Source: Patescibacteria group bacterium (lineage in GTDB: Bacteria > Patescibacteriota > Patescibacteriia > Buchananbacterales > UBA6539). From it: a stretch of DNA of 60,713 bases. The notes beneath the pieces were generated by a model. It was not told the DNA's origin and searched no databases. It saw only the letters and a list, made by a program, of their open reading frames with translations. Positions 37,433-44,493 of this stretch are shown here, one piece after another (positions within the stretch are counted from its first letter, which is position 1; each line of letters starts with the position of its first letter). A program made the position numbers and the translations under genes. The stretch covers positions 1 to 60,713 of the forward strand of contig JBAZMQ010000009.1 of NCBI GenBank assembly GCA_041649675.1, in the 5' to 3' direction.

Positions 37433-37459
37433 CCTTCGCCAAGCGCGAAGGATTTTTTT
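37433..37459 (+). terminator. Terminator-like hairpin 2
   Basis: CCTTCGC (37433-37439) pairs with GCGAAGG (37445-37451), followed by ATTTTTTT. Confidence 0.6.
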
Positions 37460-37545
37460 ATTGGGCGCAATTGCTTTGTCGATGACAATCTATCGTCGAC
37501 AAAATGTCGCTCTCAAACTCTCATCACAAAAAAAGGAGAATAACA

Positions 37546-37971
37546 ATGGGATTTACTGTCCAAATGCAACGCCGAGCAATTGAGCGCTTGCGCGTAGGCG
37601 CCAGTCGGCCACCGAAAGATATTGGCGATCATCGTCTCTTCCTGACAACGGGCAAACGTATCTATATTTGGGGTATTAGCGATGGGGTTGGAACTTGTGC
37701 TGACGTCAAAGATATGGACGTCATCGTCGTAGCGAAATCAAACCCAGGAAAAAACTGGGAAAGAATGTACCATAAAAATTCGCTTCCCACAAGCAGGTAT
37801 GTAGTGCTTAGTCGACCGCCCACAAAAGAGGAGGAAAAAAAAGCGCACCATTTATATGGCGATAATGTCGAACTTAATACGGTCGAACTCCTGCGTTTCG
37901 TTTCTCGAGATAAGAGGGGTTTACACTTTAAGGTGGTTGGCAAGACTAGCACCTATGTGGAGATGGCGTAA
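37546..37971 (+). CDS. GC-rich 141-aa ORFan
   Basis: AAGGAG RBS 8 nt before the ATG at 37546 (MGFTVQMQ). Hand count 36/60 G+C in line 37561-37620. Has its own terminator. Confidence 0.6.
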   Translation: MGFTVQMQRRAIERLRVGASRPPKDIGDHRLFLTTGKRIYIWGISDGVGTCADVKDMDVIVVAKSNPGKNWERMYHKNSLPTSRYVVLSRPPTKEEEKKAHHLYGDNVELNTVELLRFVSRDKRGLHFKVVGKTSTYVEMA

Positions 37972-37976
37972 AATAC

Positions 37977-38026
37977 AGGCCAATAGGAAATTCGTATAAC
38001 CGAAAATTACTATTGGTCTTTTTTAT
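37977..38026 (+). terminator. Intrinsic terminator (long loop)
   Basis: AGGCCAATAG (37977-37986) pairs with CTATTGGTCT (38010-38019), then a T-run. Confidence 0.5.
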
Positions 38027-38120
38027 TTCTTGGCTTAATACTAAATTTAATTCAGTAAGTTACAAAAACCGTCAAAAGCGGTTTTTTGTTAAAGCTTTTC
38101 TTAGACCCATCTCTGGCGGG

Positions 38121-38177
38121 GAGGGGTTATGGCTTTCTAATAACCCCCTCTAACTCCCCCTTAAATTAAGGGGGGAG
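38121..38177. repeat. REP-like element copy R3
   Basis: GAGGGGTTATGGCTTT matches the reverse complement of AAAGCCATAACCCCTC in R1/R2. Hairpins GAGGGGTTAT/ATAACCCCCTC and CTCCCCC-TTAAATTAA-GGGGGAG. Confidence 0.7.
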
Positions 38178-38203
38178 AATTCTTAGATTTACCTTCTCTG
38201 TTA

Positions 38204-38243
38204 CCCAAAAAAAAGAGGCTGACAAGTTGAAAGCTTGCAGCCT
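38204..38243 (-). terminator. Intrinsic terminator of the 38937-38242 operon
   Basis: On the minus strand, AGGCTGCAAG..CTTGTCAGCCT is followed by T8. It overlaps the TAG stop. Confidence 0.7.
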
Positions 38244-38550
38244 AATGGGTTGTGATTGATTCTAGGGCAGCGACCAATGGTGCCAAAAATTCTCGGCGCT
38301 TGCCAAGAAAATTGGAAAATACTTCCACAGTGACCACTAGTCTAAAAGAACAAAAACTTTGTTTGGCCATAATTACCTGCAGAGTGGAGAGAGTAGTTTT
38401 GGAAGAAAAAGTGAAGTACCGATCATTCATACTCACTAAGGCTGCCAAAGCCGATTCTGTTTTTGAGTCAAACTCCGGCTTAAACCTCAGACAGAGCCTA
38501 CTTCCTTGTCTGCAAGCCAGCGTAATCTGCATTGCTTCACCTATATCCAT
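38242..38550 (-). CDS. GC-rich 102-aa ORFan (second gene of a pair)
   Basis: GAGGGAG RBS 8 nt upstream of the ATG at 38550. 15-nt gap to the upstream gene. Confidence 0.55.
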   Translation of the reverse strand: MDIGEAMQITLACRQGSRLCLRFKPEFDSKTESALAALVSMNDRYFTFSSKTTLSTLQVIMAKQSFCSFRLVVTVEVFSNFLGKRREFLAPLVAALESITTH

Positions 38551-38565
38551 AAGGCAGTCTCCCTC

Positions 38566-38937
38566 TCATTTGGTTGGTATAACCGAAGAAAAGATGACAT
38601 CAAGCCGCCCGTCTGACCGCTCAATGTCAATCTGTACAATACCCTTCCAGGTAACTCCCAATGCCCGTAGCCGCCGCTCAAAAATTGTCAGATTGGTAAA
38701 TCCGTAATCTGGGCCGTCACTCTTTCGATACTTACGCTCAGATAATCCAAACTCCAAGAGATTTTCAATAATTGGGTCATTACCAAAAAGCACCTTTAAG
38801 GCCTCCGGCACCGTTGCCAACAGCTTTTGGGCCAACTCATTTCCTTTCGTCTTGATGGCATTTAGTTGCGATTGTTTCCAATCTAAATATCCAGCGATTT
38901 CACCGGGTTTAAGATTCTCCGTTTTATTCTGTTTCAT
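38566..38937 (-). CDS. GC-rich 123-aa ORFan (first gene of a pair)
   Basis: GAGGTG RBS 7 nt upstream of the ATG, with a promoter at 38992-39020. Hand count 30/60 G+C in line 38641-38700. Confidence 0.6.
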   Translation of the reverse strand: MKQNKTENLKPGEIAGYLDWKQSQLNAIKTKGNELAQKLLATVPEALKVLFGNDPIIENLLEFGLSERKYRKSDGPDYGFTNLTIFERRLRALGVTWKGIVQIDIERSDGRLDVIFSSVIPTK

Positions 38938-38991
38938 ATTGTTTCACCTCATCATGGTTGTCCTGGTTGCCAATTGTTTACGAACAAAATA

Positions 38992-39020
38992 ATATAACAT
39001 GATTTTTGCAGTAATGTCAA
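38992..39020 (-). promoter_or_regulatory. Sigma70-type promoter
   Basis: Minus strand: TTGACA (39020-39015), 17-nt spacer, TTATAT (38997-38992). Confidence 0.55.
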
Positions 39021-39024
39021 GATA

Positions 39025-39050
39025 ACAAAAAACTGTCCTGCAAGACAGCC
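39025..39050 (-). terminator. Terminator after the VanZ-like gene
   Basis: Minus strand: CTGTC-TTGCAG-GACAG followed by TTTTTTG. Confidence 0.5.
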
Positions 39051-39068
39051 TGACATAAATAAAAAATT

Positions 39069-39446
39069 CTATTTTTTCTCAAATACTTTCAAAACCACAA
39101 AACCAATAATCCCAAAACTATCAATCAAAACATCTTTAGGGCTAGCCACTCGGCCACCAACAAAACTTTGGTGAAATTCGTCAAAGATAGCATAAGCCAG
39201 AGAACAGAGAACAGAAATCAGAAATAAGTGGCTTAATTTAAACTTATATGGACTGAGGGCGCGAAAAAATAAAAAAGTTAAAACAAAAAATTCAGCCATG
39301 TGAGCGCCTTTGCGTAAAATTAAATCCCAAAGCGGTTCAAATTCTGACTTCAGATTCGGCTGAGCGGAGAAATAAAAAACGACAGCTAGCCACAAAATTA
39401 CGGCTAACCAATTCATCATAATTTTTGTTATGTTTGAAATTTTCAT
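39069..39446 (-). CDS. VanZ-like family membrane protein
   Basis: RKGAHMAEFFVL and FDEFHQSFVGGRVASPKDVLIDSFG. The ATG at 39446 is preferred because the listed N-terminal extension reads through a GC hairpin. Confidence 0.75.
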   Translation of the reverse strand: MKISNITKIMMNWLAVILWLAVVFYFSAQPNLKSEFEPLWDLILRKGAHMAEFFVLTFLFFRALSPYKFKLSHLFLISVLCSLAYAIFDEFHQSFVGGRVASPKDVLIDSFGIIGFVVLKVFEKK

Positions 39447-39464
39447 ACAGACAAACTGCTGTCG

Positions 39465-39508
39465 TCCTTGCCGTCGTCTCTCGACTTTACTCAAGGCGGC
39501 GGCAAGGA
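39465..39508. other. 12-bp GC-rich hairpin in the GT4-VanZ spacer
   Basis: TCCTTGCCGTCG (39465-39476) pairs with CGGCGGCAAGGA (39497-39508). The single non-Watson-Crick position is G-U only on the + strand. Confidence 0.55.
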
Positions 39509-39578
39509 TCCACTATTTCAAAGGGATTCTTCGCGCTTAAACTTTACTTAAAGCTCAGAATGACAAAACTATTATATT

Positions 39579-40727
39579 TTATAAACTTCGATAGAGCTGG
39601 TCAATCTCCTTGCCAATAATCTGCCAATCATATTTCGCTTCAACTTTTTGACGGCCCGCCAAACCAAATTGAGTAGCCACGGACGGATTGCTTAAGAGAT
39701 AATTAATTTTGGTTGCCAAGTCGTCGGCGTTTTTAACTTCCGATAGTAAGCCATCAACGCCATCTTCAATAACACTACGCACGCCGGCTAAATTGGAAGC
39801 CACCACCGGTTTAGCACAAGACATGCCTTCAACCAAAGTTAAACCAAAGGCTTCGGATTTATCAACTGAAGCTAAAACTACAACATCGGCTAAATTATAA
39901 TATTTTGGCAAATCAACGTTAGGCACATAGCCGGTAAAAATAGTTTTACTGTCAATGACTAACTGACTGGCTAAATCCAAATACTCTTGCTTTAGCTCCC
40001 CTTGCCCAACGATAATCAATTTCCAACCGTATGGCGCCTGCTTTAAGCGGCTCATGGCTTCAATTAAATACTCTACCCCTTTAAAATAATGGGCTTTATC
40101 TAAACCACCAACAAACAAAACAATTTTATCGCTAGCACCAATTTCGTGACGGCTTAAAAACTCCTGGTCTTTGCCTTGAGGTAAAAAATTATTACTATCC
40201 ACGCCGTTTGGCACTTCAATAAATTTTTGCGGTTGCTTAGTAATCAGCTTGGCTAAATTTGAACTGTTACCGTAATCCAAAGAAGTTAAAATTACTTTAT
40301 CAGCCATTTTAATTATTCGGGATAATAAAAAAGTTTTATGAAATTTAAAAAGCCATTTGGTCACACCCTGACCAATAACATCCATGTGATAATGCAAAAT
40401 AATTTTTGCCCCTTTCTTCCTAAGCTTCTTTTGATAAAGCCAGATAACTTCGGCTCCGCCAAAAAACGGATAATGCAAATGAATGATATCAAAACCCAAA
40501 AGCAGCCAACTCAAAGCTGGCACAAAAGCGGCATTACCATGCTTTAAAAGCGGTTGGATGCGTTTAACTTTAATATTGGTCACTTCTTCCTTAAGCTCAT
40601 GATAATGGGGCGTAAAAACCGTTACTTCGTGGCCAAGTTTAACCAGCTCCTTGGCGTTAAAAGCAGCGACATTGCCAATGCCACCGGCATAAGGCGGAAA
40701 AGTTGGACTAACAATTGCGATTTTCAT
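39579..40727 (-). CDS. Glycosyltransferase family 4
   Basis: PPYAGGIGNVA, SEAFGLTLVEGMSCAKPVVASNLAGVRSVI. Confidence 0.85.
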   Translation of the reverse strand: MKIAIVSPTFPPYAGGIGNVAAFNAKELVKLGHEVTVFTPHYHELKEEVTNIKVKRIQPLLKHGNAAFVPALSWLLLGFDIIHLHYPFFGGAEVIWLYQKKLRKKGAKIILHYHMDVIGQGVTKWLFKFHKTFLLSRIIKMADKVILTSLDYGNSSNLAKLITKQPQKFIEVPNGVDSNNFLPQGKDQEFLSRHEIGASDKIVLFVGGLDKAHYFKGVEYLIEAMSRLKQAPYGWKLIIVGQGELKQEYLDLASQLVIDSKTIFTGYVPNVDLPKYYNLADVVVLASVDKSEAFGLTLVEGMSCAKPVVASNLAGVRSVIEDGVDGLLSEVKNADDLATKINYLLSNPSVATQFGLAGRQKVEAKYDWQIIGKEIDQLYRSL

Positions 40728-40780
40728 AGTATTAATACAATAATTCTATCTAATTCTGAACAAAAAAACAAGAATTTTTG

Positions 40781-40818
40781 TAAAAAAAGAGTCTTGCAAA
40801 CACAATGGTAAGCAAGAC
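40781..40818 (-). terminator. Intrinsic terminator of the 41664-40835 operon
   Basis: Minus strand: GTCTTGC..GCAAGAC followed by TCTTTTTTT. Confidence 0.65.
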
Positions 40819-40834
40819 GTAAGAGAACAAATTT

Positions 40835-41215
40835 TTAGGTCAAATCGGCCTGGAGGTTGGGCGGCTCAACTGCAAGTGGCTCTTTATGCCACGGCGCAAT
40901 TAGCCTGAGATGATCAATGGCAAATCGCCGCACCTCATCAATTGATTGACAGCCCAAACAGTTCAAGATACCCACATTTTCCTCGGTAAAATCGGAAACA
41001 TCCTCTCCGGAAAGCAGCAGTGCCTCGGCCAAATTTGGATGGACCATTTCCCACTCTGTTTGATTAAAGTAGAGATAAAACCGGCCGGCTAGCGAATCTT
41101 GACCTTGAGGTGGCTCCTGAACTGCTACCACCCCAAAAGCAAGTTCCTGCATCCAAACTGCCAATACGGCTGAGGTTTGAAACCTCAATTGCTTGATCAA
41201 ATCAGAAAATCGCAT
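40835..41215 (-). CDS. GC-rich 126-aa ORFan, weak paralog of the upstream gene
   Basis: 14-nt gap to the upstream gene. Colinear motifs shared with the 144-aa protein: A.G[VI]VAV, YL[YI][FY], W[EK][ML]V, VGI, HL, W[HR][KN]E. Confidence 0.55.
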   Translation of the reverse strand: MRFSDLIKQLRFQTSAVLAVWMQELAFGVVAVQEPPQGQDSLAGRFYLYFNQTEWEMVHPNLAEALLLSGEDVSDFTEENVGILNCLGCQSIDEVRRFAIDHLRLIAPWHKEPLAVEPPNLQADLT

Positions 41216-41229
41216 TGCATAGTTCCTCC

Positions 41230-41664
41230 TTACTGGATTTGGCTGACTGGTTTGGTTTCAGCAGGTAACCATTCATTGCGCCAGGCAATTACTTGTCTTG
41301 GTTCCAAATGCTGCTGCGCAAATTCACACAGTTGCTCAACTCTGTTAATTCCACCCGGGTCAAGCAAGCCAATGCCAACTACGGCAAAAGGAGTATCTGA
41401 TACTGCTGCCTGGTCTGCATCAGAAACCAGCTTCCAGAGCGCCAAATCGTAGTAAATAAGGTACTGCATCGCCAAATCTTGCGGATCAACCTCGGTTTCT
41501 TCTACTTCTTTTTGGTAGCCAAAGACAGCAACGATGCCAGTGGCTAAAAGCGAGGTTTCTAATACCTCTCTTTGGGCAACTGCCAAAAGGCCCTTGACTC
41601 TGTCAGCAAACTGCTGCGCGGTTTGCCTTAATCTTTCCTTTGGGTTAACTGATTGAACATTCAT
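41230..41664 (-). CDS. GC-rich 144-aa ORFan
   Basis: GGGAG RBS about 9 nt before the ATG. Hand count 28/60 G+C in line 41230-41290, against 18/60 in the neighbouring GT4 line 40261-40320. Confidence 0.55.
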   Translation of the reverse strand: MNVQSVNPKERLRQTAQQFADRVKGLLAVAQREVLETSLLATGIVAVFGYQKEVEETEVDPQDLAMQYLIYYDLALWKLVSDADQAAVSDTPFAVVGIGLLDPGGINRVEQLCEFAQQHLEPRQVIAWRNEWLPAETKPVSQIQ

Positions 41665-41724
41665 ATACGTGTTTCTCCCTTTTCTTTAGTTTCAGCCATA
41701 ATGCAGATAGTCAATAGAATCTTT

Positions 41725-41762
41725 CCAGAAAATAACAATTTTGTCAATTGCCTATTTTCTGG
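41725..41762. promoter_or_regulatory. Perfect 10-bp inverted repeat in a divergent intergenic region
   Basis: CCAGAAAATA (41725-41734) and TATTTTCTGG (41753-41762). The 18-nt loop contains TTGACA on the minus strand (41747-41742). Confidence 0.4.
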
Positions 41763-41801
41763 TTTTGGGCTAAAATTAAAGAATAATTAATAATCAAATT
41801 T

Positions 41802-41948
41802 ATGCCAGATAAAAAATTCTACCGCTGCAACGTTTGTAATGATATTCATTACGGCGTTAACGCTCCCGAAATTTGCCCAACTTGCCAAACTAAAAATGCC
41901 TACCTTGAAGTTAGCCTTCAAGAAGCTAAAACCATAATGGCCCTATAA
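41802..41948 (+). CDS. 48-aa rubredoxin-like zinc-ribbon protein (below the ORF-track size cut-off)
   Basis: My own translation is MPDKKFYRCNVCNDIHYGVNAPEICPTCQTKNAYLEVSLQEAKTIMAL. The CxxC...CPxC pattern is like the C-terminal domain of rubrerythrin. It ends 4 nt before the FTR-like gene. Confidence 0.6.
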   Translation: MPDKKFYRCNVCNDIHYGVNAPEICPTCQTKNAYLEVSLQEAKTIMAL

Positions 41949-41952
41949 AATT

Positions 41953-42219
41953 ATGACCAAAGAAGAACTAAAGCAAGTTTGGCAAAGATTTGCCACTAAC
42001 CAAGATTTTACCCTCAATAATGACCAAGGCCATGTTGATTCAGTCGCTGATGGCGTTTTAGCTAACGACCAAAAACACGGCCTGAAACTTTGCCCCTGCC
42101 GCCTCCGCGATGGCTCAAGAAAAAGAGACCTAGAATTAATTTGTCCGTGCAACTTTAAAGCTCAGGACAACTGGAAAAATTTGGGTCGGTGTTGGTGTGG
42201 ATTGTTTGTAAAAAAATAA
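41953..42219 (+). CDS. Ferredoxin:thioredoxin reductase catalytic-subunit-like protein
   Basis: CPC...CPC...CWC cysteine pattern (LCPCRLRDG...LICPCNF...RCWCGLF). Confidence 0.65.
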   Translation: MTKEELKQVWQRFATNQDFTLNNDQGHVDSVADGVLANDQKHGLKLCPCRLRDGSRKRDLELICPCNFKAQDNWKNLGRCWCGLFVKK

Positions 42220-42278
42220 ATGGTCCATTGCAATTATTAAGTTCTGGCGACAGAATAATTAAATTCTTTATTAGACAA

Positions 42279-42332
42279 GAATTATGAATCAGGAATTTAG
42301 AATAATGGTTGCTAATCCTTGATTCATAATTC
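42279..42332. repeat. 16-bp hairpin of the GAATTATGAAT/ATTCCTAATTC word family
   Basis: GAATTATGAATCAGGA (42279-42294) pairs with TCCTTGATTCATAATTC (42316-42332) with a one-base bulge. It shares words with 2018-2091. Confidence 0.6.
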
Positions 42333-42353
42333 CTAATTCTTAATCCTAAATGT

Positions 42354-42731
42354 ATGACCCAAATTAACCAAGTCTACAAATGTAATATCTGCGGCAATAT
42401 TGTCCAAATTTTGCATAATGGTGCTGGCGAACTGGTCTGCTGCGGCCAACCAATGCAATTGCTAAAAGAAAACACCGTAGATGCCAGTTTAGAAAAGCAC
42501 GTACCAGTAATTGAAAAAACCGATAAAGGCATTAAAGTCAAAGTTGGTTCCGAGCCTCATCCAATGGAAGCTAAACACTACATTGAATGGATTCAAGTTA
42601 TTGCCGGCAATACCGCTTACCGCCAATACTTAAAACCCGGCGACGCTCCAGAAGCCGAATTCTGTATTCCCTACTCCGACAACTTGGTTGCCCGCGAATA
42701 CTGCAATTTGCACGGACTTTGGCAATCATAG
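42354..42731 (+). CDS. dfx: Desulfoferrodoxin (2Fe superoxide reductase)
   Basis: N-terminal desulforedoxin-type [10 protein letters not shown]...VCCGQPM. C-terminal SOR domain with HVPVI and CNLHGLW. Confidence 0.9.
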   Translation: MTQINQVYKCNICGNIVQILHNGAGELVCCGQPMQLLKENTVDASLEKHVPVIEKTDKGIKVKVGSEPHPMEAKHYIEWIQVIAGNTAYRQYLKPGDAPEAEFCIPYSDNLVAREYCNLHGLWQS

Positions 42732-42734
42732 AAT

Positions 42735-43040
42735 ATGCCAATTGAAATTTACGTTACTTTTCCCAATCGGCTTGAGGCAGAAAAAATCACTAATCAGCTT
42801 TTAAAAAATCGGCTAGTTGCCTGTGCTACCTTTTTTCCCATCACCAGCCGTTATTGGTGGCAAGGAAAGTTAAGCCGATCTAAAGAAATTGCTGCCTTTC
42901 TAATAACCACGAATAAAAATTGGCTAAAGACAAAAACGGAAATTAAAAAAATGCACTCTTACCAAGTGCCTTGCATTAAAAAAATTAAATTTGAAGCCAA
43001 TAAGGAATACGAAAATTGGGTCAAGGACGTAACAAAATAA
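42735..43040 (+). CDS. cutA: CutA1 divalent-cation tolerance protein
   Basis: LVACATFFPITSRYWWQGKL...SYQVPCI. Confidence 0.85.
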   Translation: MPIEIYVTFPNRLEAEKITNQLLKNRLVACATFFPITSRYWWQGKLSRSKEIAAFLITTNKNWLKTKTEIKKMHSYQVPCIKKIKFEANKEYENWVKDVTK

Positions 43041-43050
43041 TAATCATAAA

Positions 43051-43091
43051 ATTGTAGAGGCGCATTGCAATGCGCCTCTACAATTTTTTTA
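43051..43091. terminator. Bidirectional terminator (perfect 34-nt palindrome)
   Basis: ATTGTAGAGGCGCATTGCAATGCGCCTCTACAAT followed by T7, between convergent genes. Confidence 0.85.
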
Positions 43092-44135
43092 CCACCAAAT
43101 TAATTTTTTTATAATCTGCCAGTACAGATTAAGAACCGGATTGGCAATATATTTTAACAATGGATTTTGGATGTCTTGAAATTCAATTTTACCGGTAAAC
43201 CGCGCAATTATTTCCTTATCCAATACTTGGCGCTTTTGCTGCACTAACTTTCTGGTTTTAATAATTTTAGTCCAACTTTTTGGCCGGCAAAAATAATTAT
43301 AGACTTTTAATTCTTCCCGCCACCAACCGGCCAAAAACGAATAAAAAAACATGGCAATATCCATCAAACAAGCCGCCGGCAAAATTAAAATTAAAGTCGC
43401 GATTTTATAATTTTGTAATATCACTAAGTAGCGGTTGCGTTCCATATAATAAAACTTTTTAATGCTTCGGGAAAATTCGTATTTGTGATAAACCACTGAT
43501 TCCGGAGCCAATAAAACCTTATAACCGCCTAACCATAAACGCCAGCCCAAATCAGTATCCTCATGATACATAAAAAAATCATTGTTCAATAAGCCAACTT
43601 CCTTTAGAGCCCCAACCCTAAATAAAGTACAGGCTCCTGAAGGATAGGTAATTTCTTTAATTGCCATTTTTGTATCAGGTAATAAATAGCCACCGGCAAA
43701 AGCAAAGCCAAGGTAATGAATTTCATTACCAACACTATTGATTTTTCCTTGATCTTGGTACAAAAGCAATTTTGACTGTACTGCGCCAATTTGTTTATCG
43801 TTTTCCATCACCAATACCGCCTGCTGCAAAAAATCGGGTTTGACTACTGTATCCTGATTTAATAAATAGGCGTAAGCATAATTATTATCAATGGCATAAT
43901 GCAAGCCAACATTATTGGTTGCCGCAAATCCTAGATTGGTTTCATTAATAATCAATTTAATATCCCGCCAGTTGTTCCTGATATATTCCCTAGAACCATC
44001 AGTGGAAACATCATCAATAATTATAATTTCATAATCATCTTTAGGATAAGTTATTTTTGCCAGGCTAGACAAACAATCCGGCAAAAAGCCGGTACCATTA
44101 TAACTGGGAATGATAATCAATACTTTTTTATTCAT
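43089..44135 (-). CDS. Glycosyltransferase family 2
   Basis: VLIIIPSYNG...IIIDDVSTDGS and a DTD.. motif. Rhamnosyltransferase-like size. Confidence 0.8.
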   Translation of the reverse strand: MNKKVLIIIPSYNGTGFLPDCLSSLAKITYPKDDYEIIIIDDVSTDGSREYIRNNWRDIKLIINETNLGFAATNNVGLHYAIDNNYAYAYLLNQDTVVKPDFLQQAVLVMENDKQIGAVQSKLLLYQDQGKINSVGNEIHYLGFAFAGGYLLPDTKMAIKEITYPSGACTLFRVGALKEVGLLNNDFFMYHEDTDLGWRLWLGGYKVLLAPESVVYHKYEFSRSIKKFYYMERNRYLVILQNYKIATLILILPAACLMDIAMFFYSFLAGWWREELKVYNYFCRPKSWTKIIKTRKLVQQKRQVLDKEIIARFTGKIEFQDIQNPLLKYIANPVLNLYWQIIKKLIWW

Positions 44136-44493
44136 GATTTTTGTTCTTTTCCTCTAACGCTTCTCTTCTGACAACTTTAGTGATGTCGCGATTAATTTTT
44201 TCTAATTTAACAACGATTTTGAAAACAATAAAAAATAAAACAATAATTGAAAGATAAACCAACAAATCTGAGCCCCGTTCAACTCCCAACCATTGAGCAA
44301 TGGCATCGGTTTTTTTTGGCACCAAGGCTACACCGCCAACCAACAGCCAAAAAGTCGTCCAAAGAGTCAGCTCCCGGCTGGTAATATCGCCTTTTTGAAA
44401 ACGCAAAATCGTTTTCCAAATCACGTACAAGGCAAAGATAACAATGATAACTTTGATAATCATCGGCTGATTTTTCCTAAAATTAAATCCCAA
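44128..44493 (-). CDS. Small membrane protein of the DUF2304 type
   Basis: 121 aa with 3-4 TM helices, sandwiched between two GT2 genes and overlapping both. Confidence 0.45.
   Translation of the reverse strand: MGFNFRKNQPMIIKVIIVIFALYVIWKTILRFQKGDITSRELTLWTTFWLLVGGVALVPKKTDAIAQWLGVERGSDLLVYLSIIVLFFIVFKIVVKLEKINRDITKVVRREALEEKNKNHE

Noticed and set aside
38252-38707. 151-aa plus-strand ORF spanning the two minus-strand ORFans
   Set aside because: It has no RBS or promoter. It runs across the boundary of two minus-strand ORFs that each have a strong RBS and share a promoter and terminator. Its product is low-complexity Ser/Arg-rich.
32643-41664. Could the GC-rich small-ORF cassettes be integron gene cassettes?
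   Set aside because: They lie on both strands, are interspersed with glycan genes and each carries its own promoter. No integrase or attC-like sites follow the ORFs in a regular pattern.
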